Source: Octopus vulgaris
Lineage: Eukaryota
Assembly (NCBI GenBank): GCA_951406725.2
Contig: OX597817.1
Location: forward strand, 27,776,001 to 27,840,000
Direction: 5' to 3'
Length of the DNA stretch: 64,000 nucleotides
The notes under the pieces were generated by a model. That model did no database searches and was not told where the DNA came from. It worked only from the letters and a program-made list of their open reading frames with translations. Shown here in pieces: positions 52,729 through 64,000 of the stretch. Positions within the stretch are counted from its first letter, which is position 1; each line of letters starts with the position of its first letter. The translations under genes and the position numbers were made by a program.

Positions 52729-53077
52729 ACATATGCACACACATGCAAATATATATTTGAATATATGAATATATATGAGTATATATACATAAATACATTC
52801 ATGTATATATATATATATATATATACGTGCATATATACACATTTACACATATATACATACATGTGTGTGTATATGCTTATGTCTGTGCCTGCCTTTTAGT
52901 TTCAATCATTATGTATAAGAATGTATGTAATCTCAGTAAAAAGCAAATATTAATCCGACATATATTTATGGATTTCAGCAAGATAAAAAGATTAGATATG
53001 TGGATATATCTCAAGATAACTCTAAATGCATGCACACACACACATACTCACACACATTCACGCACACTCAAACAAAC

Positions 53078-53136
<59 letters not shown>

Positions 53137-53201
53137 TACAAACCAACATACATACATATATATGTATGAATAAGTACATTTATCGATACACACACGCTAA
53201 G

Positions 53202-53234
<33 letters not shown>

Positions 53235-53245
53235 TATCTATATTC

Positions 53246-53560
53246 TTTTATTCTTTTACTTATTTCAGTCATTTGACTGCGGCAATGCTGGAGCACAGCC
53301 TTTAGTCGAACAGATCGAACCCAGGACTTATTCTTTATAAATCTGGCACTAACTCTATCGGGGTGTTTTGCTGAACTGCTACCTCACGGGGACATGAACA
53401 CACCAGCATCGGTTGTCAAGTGAGTGTGTGGGGACAAACACACACACACAAATATATGCACTCACAAGGCTCTGGTCGTCCTGAGACTACTGTAGAAGAA
53501 ACTGAACCCAGAACCATGTGGTTGGGAAGCAAGTTTCTCACTACACAACCACGCATTTGC
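53246..53560 (-). mobile_element. SINE family 1
   Basis: Diverged copy with deletions. Confidence 0.85.
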
Positions 53561-53726
53561 CTTATATCTATATATATACTTTATATATCTAAAAGTATAT
53601 ATTTATATGTATAAACAATTATAAGGGCAAAAGAAAAGAAACCTTAGCCAATATGCTGAGAAATAGACTTTATATCGTCAATCATCACATACGATATTTT
53701 TCACTATAAATACACAGCACACACAC

Positions 53727-53773
<47 letters not shown>

Positions 53774-55799
53774 AGATAGATGTATAGATAGATAGATAGA
53801 TTTATATATTCATGCATATATGTGAATATATATATATATATACTGATAGACAGATAGATAGATATACATATATATATTTAGGCTTGTAAACTTCAGTCAT
53901 TCTTGAACAAAAAATTCATAGTTAACATTTTCACCTATTCATATGTATAAGTACATTTATGTAACCACACATTAATAAAAGTTAATAGAAAAAATAAATA
54001 TTTACCGAGTCGCAGATATCACACTCTTTTGTTCGCATTTCTTTCAAAATATGAATAAATATTCGGTACTAACTGCTATCTTTGAGGGTCATCGTATATG
54101 TCATAAAGCCGATGCATCGAGCAAACTAACTTGGGTTTCGCGGAAGCTTATACTTCAATTAATCTAGATGTAATATTTTGTTCACTAGCTCTAACAAACT
54201 TAACACATCTTACTAGTAATAATGCACAATATGGAGACCGTTTAAATAAAGCTAGCAGTAAAAACAAAACATCTTATAATGTTATGTTTTGTTCCTCTTC
54301 TCTGAGTTCAAATTCAGCCATAGTATACGTAGACGTTCATATACTTACTGAGATCGCTAAATAAATATGTGCAGTAGGTCTCAGTATGTTAGAAACCTAA
54401 CCTTACAAGTGCCTGTTCTAGCACACTATTAGAAATCAATAACCATACACTATAGAAAGCAAGACATTATATGTAATATTACAGCTTCCATCGACCCTGT
54501 TAAACCTGGGCCGGAAACGAAATTGACATAGACACATGATACATCGTATTATCAATATAATATATCATTCAATTACCTCGAATACAATATTTTCGAAGTT
54601 ATTTCATAAAGGTTTTCAGCATAAGAAGCTGTTTTAATATTTTTGTTTCTTCACTTGTTCTGCTGAACTGTGGCTAGTTATTGTTGACCTGAATCTGTAG
54701 CATGATTTCCATTTCCGAGTTTGTAGCTAGTATCCATTATACTTAAATTATCTCGATAATGTCCTTGAAAAGCATGCAGGCAAACAATAATTGAAACGCC
54801 AATATATATTGGCCGATTTCTTTAAGCATAAGACATGATGTATGAAGTACACAATCTTCAACATGAAACTCATTCAGTACACATTTTCGTAATCGATTAT
54901 CAGGTAATATTTTTTCTCCCAAATAGAAATATTTCAGACTCTAGTAACAATTTATCTGCATTTGTATTTCTTTACAAATATCAGAATTGACAAACTTTGA
55001 ATTCTCATTTAAATATGCGAAACGGTGCACTCATTTGTACAAACACGTGACAAAATAATTCATCTCATGTCATGTCGACATTACTCAGTACAAATCTCGT
55101 GATAACAAGCATTATGAATGAAATTATTTGAATTGTCATAGAAAAACGTAAGTTAAGGAATGACAGTGGTTCAACCGAATAAGAAAACCGGTTGAAATAG
55201 TTTGCATTGTGCATAAATCATTGAAACCTCTAGATATAAGCACCATTTAAATTACCCATTATAGTATAGTTATATTGCATGATTCAGAAAAACATACGCA
55301 AGAAATTACGAACAAGTTAACATTATAAAAAAAGTCAAATGAATGTTACATTTTACAGATATTATAACTAAAATGCAATAATATCGCGTATTGCACTCTT
55401 AAGTAAGTAACATTTTTTGGCAAATGTGTCCTGGATAAGTATATAAAAGAATATATTCTGCTGCATATACAGAACAGCGGATAATTGACAAGGTACTTGA
55501 AAACCACGCTTTGGAAAGGATTATTTCTAAATAGAGAAATTGGGAAAAGGCCTTAAACAATAAACCCCAAAATACAATAAAAACGAAAGGCTGTTAATCA
55601 CGCATTATGTCACTCCGCAAATCAAGTGGTTTAATGGAATCAATGAAAAGATGATACGAAAAGCATATTCGTTAGATAGGGAAAACAGTAGTAAATCCTG
55701 TTGCTGAGCAACGATCCCTCATCTCTTTCTTAAAATCACTCCCTCTACATGCATGCATACGTATGCCTCTGGGTGAATGAATACACATACATACATACA

Positions 55800-55867
<68 letters not shown>

Positions 55868-55964
55868 AAGAGGCTTCCAAATAGGAAAGCGTTGTGCTAG
55901 AACACAAAAAGGGATAAATTCATGAAAGGAATGAAAATTAAAAACATTTACCATCTCAGCTATA

Positions 55965-56037
55965 TCCCAGACCGACGGTTTCTAATTATTTCCAACAAAA
56001 AAAATATATTTGCCGAAGGCAAGTTTCTTCAGTGGAA
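55965..56037 (-). ncRNA. type I hammerhead ribozyme, copy 1
   Basis: UUCCA-CUGAAGA-[extended stem II]-A-GAAA-CC-GUC-GG-UC-UGGGA; GUC cleavage triplet. Confidence 0.7.
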
Positions 56038-56395
56038 CAGCCTTAATAATCCTGATGTAAAGACTGTTAGATCCACATGTAGATCTAACGGTTTGTAAAT
56101 CCTAACTTTTCAAACCCCTGCGCAGACGCAAATCATACCTAGCGACAGAGAGGATGCCGGTAAAAAATTTACAAACAAATTTATCAAACAATATTTAAAC
56201 ATAATAGAATAGAGTAATAATAAATAATTATTACCAGTGGCCCAGCACAAAAAACGAATTAGTCATTAGACTATATATTATTTATATAGAAATACAATAA
56301 GAGGCTTCCAAATAGGAAAGCGTTGTGCTAGAACACAAAAAGGGATAAATTCATGAAAGGAATGAAAATTAAAAACATTTACCATCTCAACTATA

Positions 56396-56468
56396 TCCCA
56401 GACCGACGGTTTCTAACTATTTCCAACAAAAAAAATATATTTGCCGAAGGCAAGTTTCTTCAGTGGGA
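56396..56468 (-). ncRNA. type I hammerhead ribozyme, copy 2
   Basis: UCCCA-CUGAAGA-AACU...AGUU-A-GAAA-CC-GUC-GG-UC-UGGGA; perfect 5-bp stem I; stem II contains the hairpin UGCC-UUC-GGCA. Confidence 0.75.
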
Positions 56469-56890
56469 CAGCCTTAATAATCCTGATGTACAGACTGTTA
56501 GATCTACATGTAGATCTAACGGTTTGTAAATCCTAACTTTTCAAACCCCTGCGCAGACGCAAATCATACCTAGCGACAGAGAGGATGCCGGTAAAAAATT
56601 TACGAACAAATTTATCAAACAATATTTAAACATAATAAAACGCTTTCCTATTTGGAAGCCTCTTATTGTATTTCTATATGAATAATATATAGTCTAATGA
56701 CTAATTGTTTTTTTGTGCTAGCCCACTGGTAATAATAATTTATTATTACCCTATTTTAGTATACATATATCTATAGTTATGTGTGTGTGTGTGTGTGTGT
56801 GTGTGTACATATGTATCATTATTATAGAAAATATAGTTGACAGTAACTTCAAAGATTCGGTCACTTAAGTCATCGTCGAACTGCGGTTCA

Positions 56891-57017
56891 TTACTCTTTT
56901 ACTCTTTTACTTGTTTCAGTCATTTGACTTCGGCCATGCTGGAGCACCGCCTTTTAGTCGAGCAAATCGACCCCGGGACTTATTCTTTGTAAGCCCAGTA
57001 CTTATTCTATCGGTCTC
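56891..57017 (-). mobile_element. SINE family 1, 3' end (young, 5'-truncated)
   Basis: Near-consensus tail. Confidence 0.9.
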
Positions 57018-57093
57018 GTGTTAGTTTTGTTTTTATATTTTTTCTGTTGAGTTAAAACCATCTTTCGGTATTTGGATTTGAGTGAGGCGGTTA

Positions 57094-57474
57094 TTAAGAT
57101 TTTATGGAAATGTGTTTTGGAAAAAAATGGGCATTGATTAAATTTAGAGTTATGATATTGTTTAAACTGAATTTATTCATGCTTGTAGAATTTAGTAAAC
57201 AAGCCTGAATGTGTTTCCCTTTCGTAGACTTCAGTTGCGACAGTATTTTTGTTGGTTTTGTTATTATTGGATTTAATCCTTTTGCTTTCACAATATAAGA
57301 GTCAAAGAAACAAAGTCCAGTATTTAAGCTCGTAGTTATTGGGTGTACCGAGTTTTTTTTTTCCACATAAAAATTTAGGTAGATGGCAAGATTAGGCTGA
57401 TCCTCTCTTTTTTGATATTTAGGGTATTTTCGTTTTAGATTTGCAAGGCTGAGGTTATTATTCAGGCATGTCAT
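57094..57474 (-). other. possible Penelope-like coding remnant
   Basis: LNPIITKPTKILSQLKSTKGK loosely resembles the PLE RT-endonuclease linker (VVFKP.NTL.SLL...KD); no catalytic motif seen. Confidence 0.25.
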
Positions 57475-57900
57475 GGCTTTTTTTAGTCTAGAATATTGTT
57501 TTTCTTATGCTTTGATGTTCACAAATGTGTTTGAGTGGAGGCTTAATATTTATATATTTCTCTATGGGTGTTTATTGTTCGACAAGCAATTTCACTAGCA
57601 TATAAGGATTTAAAATTTCCTGTTTTATAAAGGTGGAGTTTGTTGATGCTTATACAATTTCTTCAAATTCTGATATGGAAGGTGGGTATATATTCATTTA
57701 TGAAAATGGAAACAAAACAGTACATATACTTTCACAGAAAATAAAGATAAACATTAAAAAAAAACTAAAATAAAATAAAAATAGAAAAATAAAAAAATAA
57801 TACGATATAGCTTAATTTTTTAAAAAGTCCTTGCACTTATATCTATAGATACATACAGAAATATGTATCTACATACATATAAATATATGCCTTTGTATAT

Positions 57901-58020
<120 letters not shown>

Positions 58021-58199
58021 TTAGGAGAGGCAGTTATAATTGTCTTAGATTATTATAATTTAGGTATATCATTACTATGCATGTAATAGTCTGGACCACA
58101 ATATCTTTATTCCAGATTGAAGCAGACAGCTTTAACAGAACTTTGATCCAACAGTAAACTCTGGTTATCACAAATTAATGTAGTTGGAATATGGAGATA

Positions 58200-58860
58200 A
58201 TCTGGAAGCTCTCTATGCAATAAAGGTCCGTATTAAACTTGGCAAAAATGCTACACAAATTTATAAGATGCTCTAGGCTGCGTAAAGATCAACTTGCATG
58301 AGTCAAGCATCTGTTTGTCTTTCGTTGCACAAGAGATTCCAGTAAGATAGACAAGAGGTGAAAGATAATGAGATGTGTGAGAAATTTTCTGGATGTACAC
58401 CGTCGTGTGTCTATAAGAACAATAAGCATATAATCTAGATTTGAAGTAGCAACTGTACGCAGAAAATCTGAATATATGCAACATTTCTGCATAGTTATTT
58501 CCTAAAGTGCTTACCGACGAACAAAGTGGGAAGATTTATTCATGAGAACAGAGCGAGGATTGAGCTAATTCCCTTCAGTCCAAAAGTATGAGTCTCTGTT
58601 GACCTGTGACGAAAGCTGGTTCTACTGTTATGATCTACAAATCAAGAAACATAGTGCCCAATCTTGGCTCCTCCAAACCCAAGAAGTTCAAGCAAAGCAA
58701 GTCCCCCAAGAAGCTCGATATATTACCATTTTTAGACAGCTATGGCATCATCTATATCCACTGGATTCCCGCTGGCAAACGGTCGACGCAGGGTACTCCT
58801 TGCAGCTTTTGGGGGAGTTTCAGCAGATATTTCGTCGCGAAAGGCCAGATCGATGAAGAA
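58200..58860 (+). pseudogene. mariner transposase N-terminal/catalytic relic
   Basis: YAIKVRIKLGKNATQIYKML (HTH), TCDESWFYCYD (first catalytic D) and FLDSYGIIYIHWIPAG. Confidence 0.9.
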
Positions 58861-60963
58861 ATTAATGTCCTCTGGTTCGAAACCATCCAATCCAAATGAA
58901 TTTATTGGTTTTAACAAATGCTTTTTATTAAACCAAGTTCCAGGCTCAGAAACTTTGATGTTCAAAGTGTTTTTTAAGGCAACTCAAAAATGTCAGAGTA
59001 GTCATTTGGAAAAAAATTCGCATGAAAATATTTTACTGTTTGCTCTAATACAGGTGATTGTATCAATTACTATTTTCCTTCGATATATAGTTGTATTAAA
59101 TTTAAATGCTGAAGTTAATCTAACGGATTTTATACTTGTATATTTTTGTATTAATAGCCTATATAAACTCACATCTACAAATGCACAGAGATGGGAAATG
59201 ATATTTCTTTTTTTATTTGTTTCCATCGTGTGAACTACGGTAGCAGGAACAGTGGAAGATTCAGCAAAGGAATCAACTATCAGAGATATATAAACAAGTA
59301 AGAGAGTGAAAGAGCAGCAAGGCATTAATAAGTGGCTCAGAAAATAAAATTTAATCATTTAGTGGAAAGGATCTGAGCCCTGCATTGCAAATAGTGGAAT
59401 ACTTAAACATTTTCTAGACAAAGACGTTAATAATTGCTTTCTTTTTGTAAAAGTTATGTAAATTCCAACTAATTAATAAACAGCTTTCATCATTATAGCA
59501 AAGGCACCACAAATGTCACACTCTCTCTCACTCTCTCTCTCTCTCTTTCTCTTTGTTTCTTTCTCTGTGTTGTCCTGGTAACCAATGTATACACATGTGT
59601 ACTCTTTAAATCTTGACCTGTTTCAATCACAGAACAGCAGCCATGATGAGACAGTGACTTCGGTGATTTTCATCTATCGACACCAATACTTTTTATATAC
59701 TTGTATACATATTGTACATAAATGAATGCACATCTGCACTACATATAGATATACACAAACTTACCTGATAACAGACACTAACCCAGGTCAGGTATTAACC
59801 GAGTCTGTTGCGAAGGTCAACTAAAAGTCTTCTTCTCTCTGGTGGGTTTGGTAAAGTAAAAGGTTTAGAGAACGAGCTTTCCTTTTCTGGATGAATTTTC
59901 ATTACTTTTTCAAGTATCACGTAAGGAGGAAGGTAATGATAATTAGAATGATGTCACCCTCCATTTCAATCTATGAATGATTGGTGAGACTGGTAAATTC
60001 AGCGTGATTAAGTAGTCTATGTATAACTATTTAAGTGTTTGCCAATGGCAAGAACTGGAGAAAATCATTTCCCTTTGATTTGTAAGCGTAAACCGCAATT
60101 GTGGTTTGATACACTGACTTGCCTTGTTTTCCTGCTGTCCCATTTTGGAATTCTACTTATCGTTCTTTTATAGCATTAAGTATATACATCATTACCTATT
60201 TATTCATGTGCCTTTTAATTGTTGTCGGCCCCATTCTCTTAATCTGTGTTAATTCCGCAGAATTTCTACAGGAGAAATTACATGCCCTATGTGACACGAA
60301 GGGTAATATAACCCAGAACTTTGTGGTTGCAAAACTTATCACTTCGATATAGAAATATTATGATTTTATATGGTATTAAAATGCGAGGAAAACATTTTTT
60401 GTTACAATTTTCTAGTACCATTGAAACAGGATAATGTTGTATGCTTAAATCAGAAAATTTTATTTATGTGCATATATTTATGCTTTACGAAATTTTCTAA
60501 ACATCACATATTTGTATGTGGCGTTGATTTCATGTCGGTAGCATGCATTATTGATGTATTTAAAAGCATTGTTAATGCTTTGTCCGTAGTATTTTGGTAT
60601 AATATGTTCATTATAACATTTAATGTGCTTAAGAGAATGTGTGAGCGGGTTGCTATTTCATGGCTTCATAATTAAGTTTTCTTTATTGCAGCGGCTCTTT
60701 AAAGTCGTTTATCTTTGATGGAAATCTTGTTTTCCTTTGGGCATTATATTTTACCACTAATGTAAAACTGCATATTTCAACATTATTGTTGAATATCTTA
60801 ACATCACGATGTCTGTTTTAATGTTTGACTCTATTAGCTGCTATTCACTAAGCATATCTGTAAAGTAAGATATTCAAAGAGGATTTCTATTGTAAACACA
60901 TACACAATATTTATATGTACGTGTGTTTATATCCTCCTACACACACAAATACACACACACACA

Positions 60964-61003
<40 letters not shown>

Positions 61004-61648
61004 CATATGCATTCGTGTAGATATATATATATATATATTTATATAGAGAAAGTGGGGAGAAGGAGAGCTATATATATATATACTGATGTATACATACAAA
61101 TGTGAATACATACACATACAGAAACACACTCATATATACATATGTATGTCGTTGTTCAGTTTTATTTCAAGATTGCTGGTCAAAAGGGCAAGATCCGGTT
61201 TCTAATCTAGATCTAAAGTTCCTTCATTGGAATTTCAACATTGACAGCAGGGTATTTTTGCTTGTATGTATGTATGCATGTATGTATGTATGCATGCATC
61301 TATGTATGTATGGAAGATTCAGCAGTGTATGTATGTGTGTATATATGTATGTATGTATAGATAGATAGATAGATAGATAGATACATAGATAGATAGATAT
61401 CCATATACATTTCTATATGCGTGTGTATAATTTTTAGCTTGATAAGTGCCAACGCACAGAACTCTAAGTCGCTGAGTCAACCTGTAACTTCTGCTAAATA
61501 TTAACAAAATATTTATATACATATGTTTTGAGTTCTATTTTCCGTTTGCGGATATTGGTTTCAGATAATTGTGTATATATATACATACGCATACACACAT
61601 ATATATATACATATATATATGTACACACATATATATATATATATATGT

Positions 61649-61707
<59 letters not shown>

Positions 61708-61724
61708 TATGCTATATATATATA

Positions 61725-62080
61725 AAGTTGTGTGTTCAGGAGTTTGCTTCGCAACAACGTGGGGCCGGACTCAGTGCACTGAGTGGCACCTTGGGCAGGT
61801 GTTTCCATTTGTAACCTCGGAACGACCAAAGGCTTGTGTCACGATTGGGTACACGGAAACTGAGAGAGCCCGTCGTATATGTGTATGCATGTGTGTGAGC
61901 GCGCGTTTGTGTGTGAAGCGTGTCTCTGTGTCTGTTTGACCGACACCCAACCACAACTATCACTTGACAACCGACATTGGTGTATTGGTGTCCAAATAAA
62001 ATATTTGCTGGGGTCGATTCTTTCGACTAAAAAGTTCTTCTAGGCAGTGCCCAAGCATGGCTGCTGTAAAAGATAAAAGA
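61725..62080 (+). mobile_element. SINE family 1 (old)
   Basis: gtggcaccttgggcaggtgt...gcccgtcgtat...ggcagtgcccaagcatggc. Confidence 0.82.
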
Positions 62081-62871
62081 CATGATAGTATGATTTTTCT
62101 TTGAGTTTTATCTAACTTCTCGGGAGTTCAAGCCGCTTGCTAACAAAGCAATAAGACTTTTTGAGTCAAGAAAGTTTCCTGTGTGTGTAAATATGTGGTT
62201 GAGATGTTGTGTTACTTGAATTGTCGATGCATGCATCCAAGTGTGTACATCTCAGATGGAAAATGTTTGTAATGCTTTGCAAATCTTCATTGTGCCACTA
62301 ATAGATTGCATTTGGAGAACCTACATTCTGTTTGCTCTTTCTCCGCGAAACCGAGTATTTCTAGTATTTTGTGCAAATGCAGCCATGATGGAAGGTAGAA
62401 ATGAGAATTCATAGATACAGTACGAGAGCTAAATGTAGCACAGTAATTAGGCAAAAATGTTCTCTTTTCCCTGGGCTTTTGAGTGTATTTTCACATCCGC
62501 TGGGCAGCTGATCCCTAAAACAGTGCTTGGTTTTGTTGCCTGTCCCAACAAACAATATAAAGTCCGATATCTTTGCACCGTATTGTTGTTTCAATTGGAC
62601 TGTGCCACCAGAATTCTTTGTGTTTAAAGGTGTGAATACCTGCTGATTCTGACATGCCTTTGACGTATACGTCAGGGGAGACTTTCCTGCTGATAGCATT
62701 ATAAATAGTCTTTGCAAGTATGTCATACCTCCGGGGTAGATATTATTTTGTATGTATGTAAGTAAGCATGTATATTCATGTATATATATAATGATAATAT
62801 TAGGGAATATACATGTATTATATATACACACATATATATATATATATGTATGTATGCATATTTATATATAT

Positions 62872-63155
62872 CACGTGATCACGTGACCGACCAGACCATC
62901 AGATGTTGCTACACATCGCTAGTCACAATGCATTCGCATTGTTTTAGCCTTCAAATGACGCCACCCCGCCGGCTAAGCGAGCAGGCCAACAGAAGAAAGA
63001 GTGGTGAAAGAGTACAGCAGGGATCACCACCCCCTGCCGGAGCCTCGTGGAGCTTTTTAGGTGTTTTTGCTCAATAAACACACACAACGCCCGGTCTGGG
63101 AATCGAAACCGCGATATTACGACCGCGAATCCGCTGCCCTAACCACTGGGCCATT
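62872..63155 (-). mobile_element. tRNA-Arg-like SINE family 3 (OR-type), tail Y
   Basis: Same head and middle as the 37477 copy up to tactctttcacca, then an unrelated tail ending ggtcacgtgatcacgtga. Confidence 0.9.
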
Positions 63156-64000
63156 GTATGTATTTATATATGTATGTGCATATGAGCAAGTGGATGTGTA
63201 ATGTTGCTTGTCTGGTGTGTACCTGTGTTCTGTATTAGTGTAGACGATGAGACAATTTATCCGTTATACTATACGTAACATCTATAATATTAATGATTTA
63301 TATCGAGACACTATGAAATACGTGAAAATATATTTACATATCTTTGCATATTAAACTATTTGTGTGTTTATGGTCGAATATAATGCTGTATGACTTTGTA
63401 TTAACACAAAATCTGATTAAAAGAAATGTTACAACTCTCAGAGGAGAAAAGGCAAACGAATTATGCAAAATAGTTAATGCCGCTAAAGCAAAAATCATAC
63501 TCTTGAAGCCGATATTGTATCAATGTAATTAAAATGTTTTGGAATCAAAACAAAATTGAATATATGCATTTGTTAGATAAGCAAGAATATATATACTACA
63601 AATTTCTCAGAATTTTTATTCAAAATTTTGTGTTAAAACTGATATCGGTATACTCTCGGAAGAGCATATTGCATACACTGTTGTACTTCAGTTTTTGTTT
63701 TATTGTAACTTTATTATTTCATTGGCAAAACTTTAACGGCACTATCCGGGTTCTCCATACGAACCATAAGCCCCGCTCAGCAGAAATGTGTCTCCACTAT
63801 ATTTGCATGGTGCAGAACTTCTTGGCAGGAAATATCATCTCACCATGAAGTTTCCTTATAAATCGTTTCTGGTGCACATGCAACGCAGCTTTTCATATAT
63901 CGGCATTACGACCTCTCATTCTTAGCCGAACAGCACAAGTACAACAGAATTACCATCCGTACATTCTGCAATCGGTTGAGCAATTTAAGCGTTTTTTCTT

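Larger units (their letters stand above)
55861..56762 (-). mobile_element. tandem 431-bp HHR-bearing repeat (~1.8 units) plus inverted partial copy; PLE pseudo-LTR or retrozyme-like
   Basis: 55861 onward repeats at 56292 onward (offset 431, few mismatches); 56639-56762 is the reverse complement of about 56202-56324. Confidence 0.9.

Noticed and set aside
55861-56640. assembly duplication artefact or CRISPR-like array
   Set aside because: The copies differ at several positions and there is a diverged inverted third segment; no repeat-spacer structure.
62090-62831. 140-aa ORF and hAT-like peptide EFKPLANKAIRLF
   Set aside because: Too short and degenerate to assign; probably a transposon relic but unsupported without a search.

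Overview
AT-rich eukaryotic non-coding DNA with dense (TA)n, (CA)n, (TAA)n, (TAGA)n and (AGT/GGT)n microsatellites. The SINE families present suggest an octopus genome; this is inferred, not verified. I found no intact host protein-coding gene, and almost all long ORFs in the track are microsatellite artefacts. The window consists of repeats: several tRNA-derived SINE families, decayed R4/Dong-type LINEs, an ORF1-only Tx1/L1-like element, RTE and CR1/L2 fragments, mariner/Tc1 relics, a MITE, Helitron-like elements and a probable solo LTR. The most notable signal is a set of unrelated short non-coding elements built from inverted or tandem repeats that carry type I hammerhead ribozyme (HHR) motifs, the layout of Penelope-like element (PLE) pseudo-LTRs and retrozymes. 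These are: (1) a tRNA-head + (AAT)n + HHR 'SINE-ribozyme' inserted head-to-head with an 11-bp TSD (44744-45530); (2) a 431-bp tandem unit with two co-oriented HHRs plus an inverted partial copy (55861-56762); (3) an element with a G3:C8 swapped-core HHR, nested with its own 13-bp TSD inside a copy of family 1 (30394-30930); (4) a further family with a mutated HHR (42032-42485). All alignments and folds were done by eye, so coordinates are approximate to a few bases.
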